NCBI GenBank assembly: GCA_039818205.1
Contig: JBCBUK010000016.1
Span: 1-64,000 of the forward strand
DNA: 64,000 nucleotides
From: Verrucomicrobiota bacterium
GTDB taxonomy: Bacteria > Verrucomicrobiota > Verrucomicrobiia > Opitutales > Cerasicoccaceae
Reading direction: 5' to 3'
Below the pieces are notes generated by a model. It searched no databases. It was not told where the DNA came from and worked only from the letters and a program-made list of their open reading frames with translations. Shown here one piece after another: positions 46,541 through 56,335 of the stretch. Made by a program: the position numbers and the translations under genes. Numbering within the stretch: position 1 is the stretch's first letter; each line of letters begins with the position of its first letter.

Positions 46541-48363
46541 CGTGCTCTGGAATGAGAATTTCGACGGAAGATGACTACCGCTCCAACAACGAGGACGCCG
46601 ATAGGCACCGCCAAAGTATTCCCCCACTGATATTGGTTCTTAACTTGTTGCAGTGCGTAATCGATCTCACGGTCTATCGCGAGCAGGTCCTCTTCGGCAC
46701 TCGTTCGATCGGCCAGGAGGCCATTGAGCGTTTTCTTTTGCTCTACAAATTGGCCGGCATCTTTGGTCACCTCTCTCCTAGAAAGCTTGAGTAGATCTTC
46801 TTCAATCTGTTCCTGGCGCTCCTGCACCTCTAGACGGCGCGTCTCGAAACCTTCTTCGATGCTCAACTTGATATCAGACAGCCCGACCAAGGGATACTGA
46901 ACCGAACCTTTTCCCCGGGCCGCGAGCAAATTCCGCTCCCCAATCAGAGAGTCAACCGTATTGGAAAAAAGGGCCAAATTGCCGTTGTATGGGCGAACGG
47001 TCGATTCCGATTCAGATAGTTGAACAGACTCGCCAGCAAAGGGATCAAAAACAAAGTCTGCGTCAGCAAACAAGACCACCTGGCAATCATCCGGATTTGC
47101 CGTAAATGACTTTGTCGTCTCTGCATATACGGATTTAAGATCACCAAGCAATTTTGCGACAATTACTCGCCGGTGTCCATCCGGCTCGAAGCCTTTCATC
47201 AAGGCTTCATTCTTTTCACGGCCAATCCGGTAGATATCCGCCGATGCCACGGTCGATACCGCCTCAGATGTACTGACGAGCGGCACCAATCGTGAGGCCA
47301 TTTCAGCGGTCGGCCAAACGTGTCCGGCATAGGGGAACCCAAGGTTGTTGATTCCGGCAGTAATAGGGTCATCTTTGTGGATATAACGCTGCGGGATATT
47401 CAGTACCGTATGCATGATTTCCGGACCAAAACCACGATCAACCTCCGACCGCAAATTCATATCAGCAACGACCTCATCCGCGCGGTAATTCACTCCCCAA
47501 GCATTCAACAGCTTAAACGCGTTTGAACTCGCTAATCCTTTCTGCAGTCCAGGATTGATCATTTCGATAGCTCCCGAATGGGGATCGAGCATGACTATCG
47601 CCTTGCCTCCATTCGCGAGGTATTGATCGATCTTCCGCAAAGCAGCATCTTCTAATCCTATTGGGTGTATAATGACCATTAGTTCCGGTGGCACGGTACT
47701 CAGCGTTTCAATGTCTTCATTGAAAGAAACCACGTGATAGCTTTTCTGCAGTTCATTGACAAACAACCAAGGTGGGAAAACACCGGTCCCTTGGTCATTC
47801 GTATATTCTCCCCCGAAAACCGGCAATGAACTGAGGATACCAATGGTTTTTCGGTCCTGATTAGTTACCGTTGAGATAGCCTGAAGCATATCATACTCCA
47901 ACAAATCCTCACGATCAGGATGCAAGAACGGGATCTTTACTTTGCGATCCAAACTACTGATTGATAGCCCAAAATAAAACCGTCCTTGATTCCGATTGAA
48001 ATTGCTGGTGATGCTATCGAACTCCGCGGTTTTTTCCGCATCGCTACCTGGCTTCGGGTCATAGCGAATAACCTCGATTTTCCCTCTTCCAGCTCGCTCG
48101 AGAACATCCAAAAAGTATTCCACCTTCTCGCCATAAACGCGAAGATTGTAAGGAATCGTGTTCTCGCTGACGCTCGCATAGTAACGGATCGAAACCGGCT
48201 GCTCCAGCTCATTTAACGTTTCCTTGGTCGCGCTTGAGATTGAGTGCTGGCGAGACGCAGTCATATCCCATTGAAACGCCAGATTCCCGGCCACAAAGTT
48301 AACGAGAATGTATACCAGAACGGCTGCTACTAACAACAAGTATTGATTTCCAGATTTCATCAC
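46537..48363 (-). CDS. GldG-like ABC transporter auxiliary component
   Basis: D.T....SIS..TK..L..L, FYFGL, LEYD, IDQYL..GG and AD.DF. Confidence 0.82.
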   Translation of the reverse strand: MMKSGNQYLLLVAAVLVYILVNFVAGNLAFQWDMTASRQHSISSATKETLNELEQPVSIRYYASVSENTIPYNLRVYGEKVEYFLDVLERAGRGKIEVIRYDPKPGSDAEKTAEFDSITSNFNRNQGRFYFGLSISSLDRKVKIPFLHPDREDLLEYDMLQAISTVTNQDRKTIGILSSLPVFGGEYTNDQGTGVFPPWLFVNELQKSYHVVSFNEDIETLSTVPPELMVIIHPIGLEDAALRKIDQYLANGGKAIVMLDPHSGAIEMINPGLQKGLASSNAFKLLNAWGVNYRADEVVADMNLRSEVDRGFGPEIMHTVLNIPQRYIHKDDPITAGINNLGFPYAGHVWPTAEMASRLVPLVSTSEAVSTVASADIYRIGREKNEALMKGFEPDGHRRVIVAKLLGDLKSVYAETTKSFTANPDDCQVVLFADADFVFDPFAGESVQLSESESTVRPYNGNLALFSNTVDSLIGERNLLAARGKGSVQYPLVGLSDIKLSIEEGFETRRLEVQERQEQIEEDLLKLSRREVTKDAGQFVEQKKTLNGLLADRTSAEEDLLAIDREIDYALQQVKNQYQWGNTLAVPIGVLVVGAVVIFRRNSHSRAR

Positions 48364-48375
48364 GAGGTCATCATC

Positions 48376-49116
48376 CTATTTCCGCTTGTTATTAATCAGC
48401 ATCTGCGCGACGTATAGCCCCAGTGCGCCGGTTGAAACGAAATAAACAATTCCAGAAAACGAGATAACACCGCGTTGGAAGTGTTTGTAGTGGGCCGTAG
48501 AATTCATACTACCAAACCACTCGGAGACCCAACTGATTCCCGAAAACAGACGAATAAACGCGTCCATGTTCGCCACCGACCCGAAAACCAGAATCAAAGA
48601 ACAACAGCAAGCTCCCAATATATAGGAAATAAACTGATTCCGCGAAAAACTGGCGGCCGCAATTGATACTCCGAGCAGCGCACCAGAGAGCAATGAGCTG
48701 CCAACGTAACCGGAAACCAGTGGGCCAATGTCGGGCGGGCCAAGATGATACACCGTGAACACCAACGGCAACGTAAGCAACAAGGCGACAAGCAAGACTG
48801 TCCAGGATGAAAGGAACTTCCCTAGGACGATCTCCCAGGGCTGAAACCGCATCGTGAAGAGTAGCTCTATCGTTTTTTGACGATACTCTTCTGACAACAA
48901 ACGCATCGAGATGGCTGGAGCGAAGAATGCGTATAGCCAGGGGTGCCAGCTGAAGAAGCTACTCGCCAGTGACGCTTCGTTGCGCTGGAAGAAATGCCCC
49001 AAAACAAAATTCAGGTAGTTCGCGAAGAAAACGAAAAGTGCGAAGCATACGTAGATCGTCGGAGTATAGAAAAAGGTTAGCAGCTCTTTCTTATAAATAA
49101 CTCCAATTCGATTCAT
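48376..49116 (-). CDS. GldF-like ABC-2 permease
   Basis: KEL..FF.TP..Y, PAISMRL.SEE...TIELL.T and VLGKF. Start approximate. Confidence 0.87.
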   Translation of the reverse strand: MNRIGVIYKKELLTFFYTPTIYVCFALFVFFANYLNFVLGHFFQRNEASLASSFFSWHPWLYAFFAPAISMRLLSEEYRQKTIELLFTMRFQPWEIVLGKFLSSWTVLLVALLLTLPLVFTVYHLGPPDIGPLVSGYVGSSLLSGALLGVSIAAASFSRNQFISYILGACCCSLILVFGSVANMDAFIRLFSGISWVSEWFGSMNSTAHYKHFQRGVISFSGIVYFVSTGALGLYVAQMLINNKRK

Positions 49117-49171
49117 CGCTTTTGAAACCGGTAATGCACCCATTATGGAACTCCTTACTGAATCCGAACAA

Positions 49172-50116
49172 CTATCCACACGTTGCTTCGGTAAATATAT
49201 CCTTCAAGCTGGCTTCGATCGCTTTAATCTCAACCACCCGCCAACTGTTGTCATGGCAGAGGCTGGCTATTCCCGTCAAAACGCTGGAGATATTGGACGT
49301 ATCGCCTGAAACCGAAACGACGAACCCAAGCTCAGTCCCAGAATGACTTTGCTCCTCAATACTGGATACTCCGGGCACCGCCTTAAGCTTTGGAAGGACC
49401 TCAGCCGCCGATACACCGGCCAATTTCAAAACTATCCGTTCCTCGTCACCAAATCGCTTTCGGAGCTCTTCCATAGTTCCATCGGCTACCGCACTTCCAT
49501 GGCTCAACAACAAGATTCGGTCGGACATAAACTCCGCCTCCTCCATAATATGGGTCGACAGCAAGATGCTCTTATCTTGGCTCATCTCCCGAATCATCTC
49601 CTGAATGTCTTGCTTCTGATTAGGATCCAATCCATCAGTCGGCTCATCAAGGACTAACACCGAAGGATCGTGAATAATGCTTTGAGCCAAGCAGGTCCGC
49701 TGACGATAGCCTTTCGATAAGGTGTCGATCAACTGGTGCTGAACCTCTTTCAAACCACAACGATCGACGACGCTTAACACCGCATCGTTTTGCTTCTTAG
49801 CAGGCACCTCCCGTGCCGCGGCAGCAAAGCGGAGGAACTCAGTCACCGTAGCTTCTGTATACAGAGGCGTGCCCTCTGGCAGATAACCAATTCGGGATTG
49901 CGCCAATCCGGCATCCTTTCCCATGTCGAAGTCACAGATTGAGATCGACCCATCTGAGACCGGAAGAAAGCCGGTTAGCATCTTCATCGAGGTCGATTTA
50001 CCCGCACCGTTAGGGCCGAGAAGAGCCAAAACCTCCCCGGGCTTAACCTCGAAGGAGAGTTCTTTAACCGCGACCTTTTGTCCGAAGCGTTTCGTTACGT
50101 TTGAAAACGTGATCAC
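49172..50116 (-). CDS. ABC transporter ATP-binding protein (GldA-like)
   Basis: GPNGAGKST, LSKGYRQR, LDEPTDGLDP and STH. Confidence 0.95.
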   Translation of the reverse strand: MITFSNVTKRFGQKVAVKELSFEVKPGEVLALLGPNGAGKSTSMKMLTGFLPVSDGSISICDFDMGKDAGLAQSRIGYLPEGTPLYTEATVTEFLRFAAAAREVPAKKQNDAVLSVVDRCGLKEVQHQLIDTLSKGYRQRTCLAQSIIHDPSVLVLDEPTDGLDPNQKQDIQEMIREMSQDKSILLSTHIMEEAEFMSDRILLLSHGSAVADGTMEELRKRFGDEERIVLKLAGVSAAEVLPKLKAVPGVSSIEEQSHSGTELGFVVSVSGDTSNISSVLTGIASLCHDNSWRVVEIKAIEASLKDIFTEATCG

Positions 50117-50191
50117 CCAGTAAACTCAAAAAAATTTGCACCGTGGCTCTCATGGCAGCACCTGCCAATTCGGCCAGTCTAGGAAAGAAGT

Positions 50192-50225
50192 GAGCGCCCT
50201 AACCCCTCAAATAGTTAGGGCGCTC
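50192..50225 (-). terminator. 12-bp hairpin after the GH16 gene
   Basis: GAGCGCCCTAAC/GTTAGGGCGCTC. Confidence 0.6.
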
Positions 50226-50266
50226 GATTGGTGATAGTCGTTAGGAAAATAAATTCCCAACACTTC

Positions 50267-51106
50267 TTACGGGATGTGAGTTTCTACCCAATCAATGCGG
50301 AAGTCGGGATAGCTTCCTGGTGCTGGGAGGTGATTCACGTGGGGTGAGGACGTGAACAACATCTCCATGTTTGTATCAACCCGAGAAATCGTTGAGGTGT
50401 GCTCCAACTTACCGTTGATATAGAACGTTGGGTTGGTGTTACGCGTGGTGCGAGCTGCCCAGTGAGTCCAGTTACGAACCCGTTCCATCGCCCAGGTATG
50501 GTGCCAGCGAGGCTGCATCCATGGGGTCCATTGACGCTTGGAACTCTGGGTTGGGTTGGCCGCTTTTTCGTGGTGAGCGTGGTTCAAGATATCGCTCTGG
50601 TATTCCATGATATCAAGCTCATCGGCACCACCTTTATCCGTCCAGAACGTTGGCCAGATATCAGCGAAATTCCACTGAACCTTAGAGTGAGCCTGGAATT
50701 GACCTTCAGTTAGCCAGTTTGCCTTCGAAGAAAGCACACCACCAGAGTAGTCAAAGGTGCGACCATTTTCAGTAATTGGCGAAGAGTGATACCAGTTGAT
50801 GATACGCAGGTGCTGGCCAGTCATCTGAACGTTCTGGGTCCGGAAACGGGTCCAGGTTTGGGAGCCATTTTTGCGGGTTGAACGTTCCCAGTTGTAAAAC
50901 GGATGGACATCTTCCCATTGCCAGCCAATGGAAGTGTCGTTAAAGTAATCAGTTGCCCAATTGTAAATCGACCAGCCACCTGGTTTTCCGAGTTTCTGGG
51001 CATTAAGAGACAGGGGAACAACGGCAAGGATGCCAAGCAACGCAATACACTTGATGGAACCAAGCTTCGCGGAGTGAAGGGGTATACTTATACTAGGGAT
51101 ATTCAT
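50267..51106 (-). CDS. Glycoside hydrolase family 16, secreted
   Basis: D.FN, YSGG.L.S, WPTFW, catalytic ELDIME, FYING and IDWV. Confidence 0.8.
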   Translation of the reverse strand: MNIPSISIPLHSAKLGSIKCIALLGILAVVPLSLNAQKLGKPGGWSIYNWATDYFNDTSIGWQWEDVHPFYNWERSTRKNGSQTWTRFRTQNVQMTGQHLRIINWYHSSPITENGRTFDYSGGVLSSKANWLTEGQFQAHSKVQWNFADIWPTFWTDKGGADELDIMEYQSDILNHAHHEKAANPTQSSKRQWTPWMQPRWHHTWAMERVRNWTHWAARTTRNTNPTFYINGKLEHTSTISRVDTNMEMLFTSSPHVNHLPAPGSYPDFRIDWVETHIP

Positions 51107-51368
51107 TCTTGTTTGGGATTACACAACGAGCCAAGTGGGGTGAGAAGGCGCCTAAAGTTAGGTCACATAGAACTACTAAAAGCAGTGTGCGGTAAGATGC
51201 ATTCTCCGAGACTGAGTTGTAGGGTATTGGGGGTTGGGGTTGTTTACACAGTGTTGGACTAGTAGTAACTTAACTAACCTAACAAAGATTACTTTATACA
51301 AATTCCGTCTATTGCGCAATTGACATTCACGACAAAAAATTGTCACTACTGAACATGACTTCTACCCC

Positions 51369-52241
51369 ATGAGCAAACAAGTGCTGATCAACCTGTCTGA
51401 GCGACCCCGAATATTGTGGGCTGGATACGACAACTACAACCGGCTGACCAAGACGTCATTCCAACTGAAGGACGTCTGGTGCATGCACTACTACAAGTAT
51501 TCGGCACGAATCTCTCACAATAACACCCCACTCTCGATTCAGCCTGGATCGATCGGCATGTGCGAGCCCTATGCGCGGGTCAACTATGACAAATTCAGTG
51601 AGGGAAACCGCGAACACCTGGCCTTCAATTTTCACTTACCGGAAGCCGATGGCGACTTTCAATGGACGATTCCACTAGTCGCTAAACCCGCAGAAGATGA
51701 TCTTGGTGATGCCCTGCTTCGGTTTGAGCGGGCCATAAGACTTCACCTCGAAACCACCTGGGATGAACCGGTGTCTCTGAATGCCGAAGTCGAGCTTTGG
51801 GCCCTGCTCCTCGCAATGGCAAATAAAGTCGGCACACCAGCTGAGATCAGCGCTGTTGATCGACAGGGGCGCGATCATGTTCGCAATGCCCTTCGAATGA
51901 TTGATGCCCACCTCAGCTCGGATATCTACGCAGAGAAAATTGCGAAGCACATCGGCATTTCGGTAACTCACCTAGGAAGGCTCTTCAACAAGCATGTCGG
52001 CTGTCCGGTCGCCACGTTTATTCGCCGCAAACGCCTGAAGCTAGCCCACCGTCAACTCGCCTATTCAAATGAACCCATTCGCGAAGTCGCTGCGTCGATT
52101 GGTATGAACGACCTGGCAAATTTCAATCGCTTTATCCGGCGAGAATTTGGACAGTCCCCCAAACAAATTCGTGGGCGCAAACGGGACGGCTTCAACGTAT
52201 GTGAAAACGACCAAGAGGCACACAACGAACATCAAGATTGA
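51369..52241 (+). CDS. AraC-family transcriptional regulator
   Basis: IA...GIS..HL.RLF...G, RL..A...L and I.EVA...G......F.R...R.FG.SP...R. Confidence 0.92.
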   Translation: MSKQVLINLSERPRILWAGYDNYNRLTKTSFQLKDVWCMHYYKYSARISHNNTPLSIQPGSIGMCEPYARVNYDKFSEGNREHLAFNFHLPEADGDFQWTIPLVAKPAEDDLGDALLRFERAIRLHLETTWDEPVSLNAEVELWALLLAMANKVGTPAEISAVDRQGRDHVRNALRMIDAHLSSDIYAEKIAKHIGISVTHLGRLFNKHVGCPVATFIRRKRLKLAHRQLAYSNEPIREVAASIGMNDLANFNRFIRREFGQSPKQIRGRKRDGFNVCENDQEAHNEHQD

Positions 52242-52452
52242 ATCTTCGGGATAGTATAACGAATATTCTTTGAACAGATCCGACAAACAGCTAGGGGCAA
52301 TAGTCCCTTTGGGTAGGATTGACGAAATCCATCGAACTACATCGACTCCTGATTCGGACCACCATTGGTTGATATAGGCCACCTTGCAGTGCATCGCCTC
52401 TTTTTGGCTTAGCGATCGGAGAACGCAGTGGAAGAAAAACATCCTCTGTAGC

Positions 52453-52488
52453 AAAAAGAATGGAGCCACTCCGAAAAGTGGCTCCATT
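52453..52488 (-). terminator. Rho-independent terminator after the spondin gene
   Basis: AATGGAGCCACT/AGTGGCTCCATT with an adjacent A run. Confidence 0.8.
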
Positions 52489-52521
52489 AGGTTTCTCTGT
52501 GGCCTTGGGGCTTAAGACCGC

Positions 52522-53313
52522 CTACTTACCTGCCTTGCGGCGACGCAAAACCATTACAGTACCGAGCACTAAGCTGCCGAATATCGCTGCATAGGTCGAT
52601 GGCTCCGGGACTACGTTGACCGTAATCGTTGCAATCGGAGCAAGCCCATTGTCCAAGGCAACTCCAAGGATGTTACCATTACCGAGCGCAGTTCCGACGA
52701 AATTATCTAAACCAGCGTGAAGCGCTACCGTACCGCCTTCATCGGTACTGGTGCCTCCGATCATTGAGAATGGAGCACCAAAGGTGTCGTTAACCTCTGT
52801 TCCGGCATCCCAAACATTGGCTCCGAAAATCGTGATTGTTTGTTCGCCATTGAAATTACCAAGGGCATCGAAGAGTTCAATCGCGGTTGGGTTGCCATTC
52901 GCGAAGAATGCGTCATTCGATGGCAAGATCATGGACGCATAGCTGAAATAGCGATTGTCGGTCTCATCCACCATAATTTGGACCGAGTTACTTGAACCGG
53001 GGCCGAACAAGCCAGGACCAGGACCACTCGGATTGTTGACGGTTTGCGAGAGTCTTCCGCTAGCCGTTCCAAAGGCGGAATCAATTACACCGTTGTTTCC
53101 ATCCTCGGCCAGGGCTTCCAATCCAGCGGAAGCAGCAACACCTGGATCAAAGATATCGAAGCTACCATCGTGGAACGCAGTCCAAACCGGGGTAAAATAG
53201 ACGCCATCGGAGGCTGCGTTGCTGGTAATGGTCACCTCAAGGTTAACCACCGCGTGAGTCGTCGAAAGCGCACATAGACTCAATAGTGCGGTACAATATT
53301 TGACGTTTTTCAT
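52522..53313 (-). CDS. Spondin_N-domain PEP-CTERM protein
   Basis: FTPVW.AFH, G..AS.GLE.LAEDG, SM..PSND.F and WDAGTEVN; VPEP-TM-RRRK tail. Confidence 0.88.
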   Translation of the reverse strand: MKNVKYCTALLSLCALSTTHAVVNLEVTITSNAASDGVYFTPVWTAFHDGSFDIFDPGVAASAGLEALAEDGNNGVIDSAFGTASGRLSQTVNNPSGPGPGLFGPGSSNSVQIMVDETDNRYFSYASMILPSNDAFFANGNPTAIELFDALGNFNGEQTITIFGANVWDAGTEVNDTFGAPFSMIGGTSTDEGGTVALHAGLDNFVGTALGNGNILGVALDNGLAPIATITVNVVPEPSTYAAIFGSLVLGTVMVLRRRKAGK

Positions 53314-53574
53314 AATAAGTAGAGTTTTGTGTTAAGTTCGCAAGAACACACATGGGACGAAGGATGCTTCCCATTATTCGGAAAAATTTAAAATATTCTG
53401 AATAAAGTCTCTGACGGTTCGTCACATCTCTGGACCAACGCTTTCGGACACCTGAAACCAAAGACAGATGCTAAGTTCTAATTCACCTTTCGCCAAATCG
53501 GCACGCGCACGATTCGAGCTGCTGCGTGCCCTAGGGGCTGGGCGAAAAGCAAGGGGACTTACATCGCCACTACC

Positions 53575-54099
53575 ATGATCGCAAACCTGGAAGAGCACAT
53601 CAACTCCAACTACAAAAACCTGTACTACTTCGCTCTGAGCCTAACCAAGAATGAAGCAGACGCCTGTGACCTTACCCAACATGCCTTCTTAAAATTGGCC
53701 AAGAACGTAAACAAAATCCGTGACGACAAAAAGGTGAAGAGCTGGCTTTTCTCCACCCTTTACCGTGATTTTATCGATGGCAAACGACGAAGCCGTTTTC
53801 AGGCAGACCAACCTTTTGAAGAGGCGGCTGGAAACATGCATTCGGAATCGCCGCCAAGCGACAACCGCCTGGACAGTCAAGCAGTCCTGAAAATTCTGAT
53901 TAAACTGGATGACGACCTGCGCATCCCGCTTACCTTATTTTACCTCGAAGATTATTCCTACAAGGAAATAGCAAAACTACTGAAGATACCCATGGGAACC
54001 GTCATGTCTCGACTCCACCGGGGAAAAGAACTTCTTTACCAAACCCTCATCCAGCTCGACAACCCAAACCGACCAATATCAGGCGTGAGTCAGATCTAA
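53575..54099 (+). CDS. ECF RNA polymerase sigma factor
   Basis: DA.DL.Q..F, KSWLF and SYKEIA..L.IP.GTVMSRL.RG. Confidence 0.93.
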   Translation: MIANLEEHINSNYKNLYYFALSLTKNEADACDLTQHAFLKLAKNVNKIRDDKKVKSWLFSTLYRDFIDGKRRSRFQADQPFEEAAGNMHSESPPSDNRLDSQAVLKILIKLDDDLRIPLTLFYLEDYSYKEIAKLLKIPMGTVMSRLHRGKELLYQTLIQLDNPNRPISGVSQI

Positions 54100-54147
54100 A
54101 CCGCAGAAAGCCATCTTACAATTTTTCAATAGGAACGAAGAATAGCC

Positions 54148-54837
54148 ATGAATCACTCGAACAACCCAGAAGATCGCTCAGAGCGAGTGGTACCTTTTGA
54201 TCGCCGTCAACAGCTTGACCAGGAGATAAAAGACAGTTTATCAGACCTGCCACCGCCTGGCGGACTGAGAGAGTCAATCCTCCTTGGTTGCCAGGAGGTC
54301 AAGCCGAAGCCGAGGCACAATCCCGCCCTAATGAGTCTTGCGGCGGCGGCCACGCTCATTCTGACCCTGACCGTCCTGAGCATTGGCTACATGAGCTATT
54401 ACAACAGCAAGATATCCAAGCTAACGAGCTTTCGGGACGCCATGGCCTACTACGCTGCTGGAGCCTACTTCTCCTTGGATCATCTCAGCACTGAGCTTAG
54501 TACGATTTCCAATTGGTTGGACGAGAACAACTCCCCCAACTTTCAAGACATTCCGGAAGGCCTGCTTGCGATGGAGCCAATCGGGTGCAAGCAGATTGAT
54601 TGGCGCGGCGAGAGCGTGTCGCTGGTGTGCTTTCACCGAGACGACGGCAAGATCGTCCATCTTTTCATTATCGAGAAACGAAATGGCGGCAGTAATTCAT
54701 TTGTCGAGATTGAACGCATCGCTGAATCACATGGCTTACAAACTGGCGGTTGGAGCAATGAAGACTCCGTGTTCTTGCTTTCAGGCTCAGAACCCGGTGT
54801 CCGCATCGATTCGTTTCTTCCGTTTCCAGCCAGCTAG
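54148..54837 (+). CDS. Probable anti-sigma factor
   Basis: Follows the ECF gene; P.GLR..IL, AAAA TM segment and GC...W.G..V..VCF...HLF. Confidence 0.7.
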   Translation: MNHSNNPEDRSERVVPFDRRQQLDQEIKDSLSDLPPPGGLRESILLGCQEVKPKPRHNPALMSLAAAATLILTLTVLSIGYMSYYNSKISKLTSFRDAMAYYAAGAYFSLDHLSTELSTISNWLDENNSPNFQDIPEGLLAMEPIGCKQIDWRGESVSLVCFHRDDGKIVHLFIIEKRNGGSNSFVEIERIAESHGLQTGGWSNEDSVFLLSGSEPGVRIDSFLPFPAS

Positions 54838-55025
54838 TTTGCTGACACCGCTCAGTCATTCCGCACTGCCATTAGATGCGAACACGTATGGCCCGAGTCC
54901 GCCCTACGGTTCTCCGGTTGCTAGAGAAATCACGACCCGACTTTGATAAGCAGCAGAATCACAGAACGCGGTAAAATTGTCGTTCCCGAGTCCTTCCGCG
55001 GTGTCTATCTTACCGGTCGTGTGGA

Positions 55026-55757
55026 TTAGCGCTTTCCTTTAGAATCCACTGAACCTAACGGATGTATATTGACGTCAACCGCATCGGCGAGAACAACGTG
55101 ATCCGGGCTTCGCCCCGGGTCCTCGAAGCCGTTTAGTTCGAAGAGATGGCGGCTGTAATCACTCACTTCCGCTGGAGAAATATTATAAGGTTGGTGGCTC
55201 ACCATTCCCGAATAAAGCCGCCCACTGTTCTCTCGGAAAGAATACAACCGGTAGCGCTCGACCAGGAAATGGTCAAGGCTACCGTCCTCGGCAGGCGCAA
55301 AGTCTCCGCAACTCCGATAGCCGAAAAACTGCTCAGCATCTGCTGTTCGTTGTGAACGAAAAAGTATCCAACCATCGTCCTGGTCAGCTAGCTGCATTGA
55401 TGCATGCTGGTAAGGCAGCGAGAAAAACTTGCGGGCTATCCATACTGCGATCGCTTGATTTGCATCCAATGAATAAAACCAAACTCCAGGACGCCCACTG
55501 CGATCGCGCACGTAAGTCCTCAAGTTCAACTCCAGGAAATTGGACATTAGCGGCATGGAACACAAAAAACGCGGTCTGACTTGGCGCATTTTGAAAGGCA
55601 CGATACCGAGGAAGGCTTTTCCGTCATAGGTATCAACTTCTAGGCCCGTCGGCAGGGTCTCTTGAATGCGATGGGCAGCAATCTCCCAGTGCAGAAACAA
55701 GAGCGATTCCCATCGCTGATACATGATCACGGGACCTAAGGATTCAGGCTTTGGCAT
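55026..55757 (-). CDS. YqjF/DUF2071-family protein
   Basis: M.Q.W..LLFLHW, F.ELNLRTYV, GVWFYSLDA and FLVERY. Confidence 0.88.
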   Translation of the reverse strand: MPKPESLGPVIMYQRWESLLFLHWEIAAHRIQETLPTGLEVDTYDGKAFLGIVPFKMRQVRPRFLCSMPLMSNFLELNLRTYVRDRSGRPGVWFYSLDANQAIAVWIARKFFSLPYQHASMQLADQDDGWILFRSQRTADAEQFFGYRSCGDFAPAEDGSLDHFLVERYRLYSFRENSGRLYSGMVSHQPYNISPAEVSDYSRHLFELNGFEDPGRSPDHVVLADAVDVNIHPLGSVDSKGKR

Positions 55758-56094
55758 AGTGCGCGCGTAGCTTGGGGATTACTTTTTTGAGTTTGAAGAA
55801 GCCTTCAGTGGCAAAGGGATAGAAACTGTCGTCCCAGGACCGGCGAAACACACTTACGCGGAGCCCCTGCTCCTGCAATTGAGACTCGATCAAGGGCCAT
55901 GAATTCGACCAGAAACCAACCGCGAGCTCGGCAACTACAGTTTGCTCCAAACGATTTCTCTCGGCCCAGCCAATAACGTGGCGGGCCAAATCATAATCGA
56001 GCGCAATGGTTTCCTCCGCATTCGCCAATTCATCCAGTGAATCTTGCAACGCAGCTAACCGTGTTGGTGTCCAGATCGATGAAGAAACCATCAT
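55744..56094 (-). CDS. Hypothetical protein resembling the C-terminal tail of photolyase-related proteins
   Basis: RR.WD...YP.AT.GFF..K..IP motif, recognised from memory only. Confidence 0.45.
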   Translation of the reverse strand: MMVSSSIWTPTRLAALQDSLDELANAEETIALDYDLARHVIGWAERNRLEQTVVAELAVGFWSNSWPLIESQLQEQGLRVSVFRRSWDDSFYPFATEGFFKLKKVIPKLRAHYAKA

Positions 56095-56335
56095 GCAGAT
56101 TCCGCCAATTGCTTACAGTTGTCAAATAATGTGAAAGGAGTTTCGGCGACAAACGACAGACTCACTAGAGTTAATAGATCGATGCACTAATCGGACCAAA
56201 ACAGCTGATGCTGCGATAAATGTAAGGAACTATTTTCGGATCTACCGGTCACTTGCTGAGCTCATTTTTAGAAAACGTAGGGTTGCTTATGGCCGTATTT
56301 TCGCTTAAGGTCCTCTTCCTAAAAAACCACTGAAT

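Noticed and set aside
45416..50116. Gliding-motility system
   Set aside because: GldA/F/G-like plus DUF4340 sets are widespread ABC modules outside gliding bacteria, and no other gld/spr genes are present.
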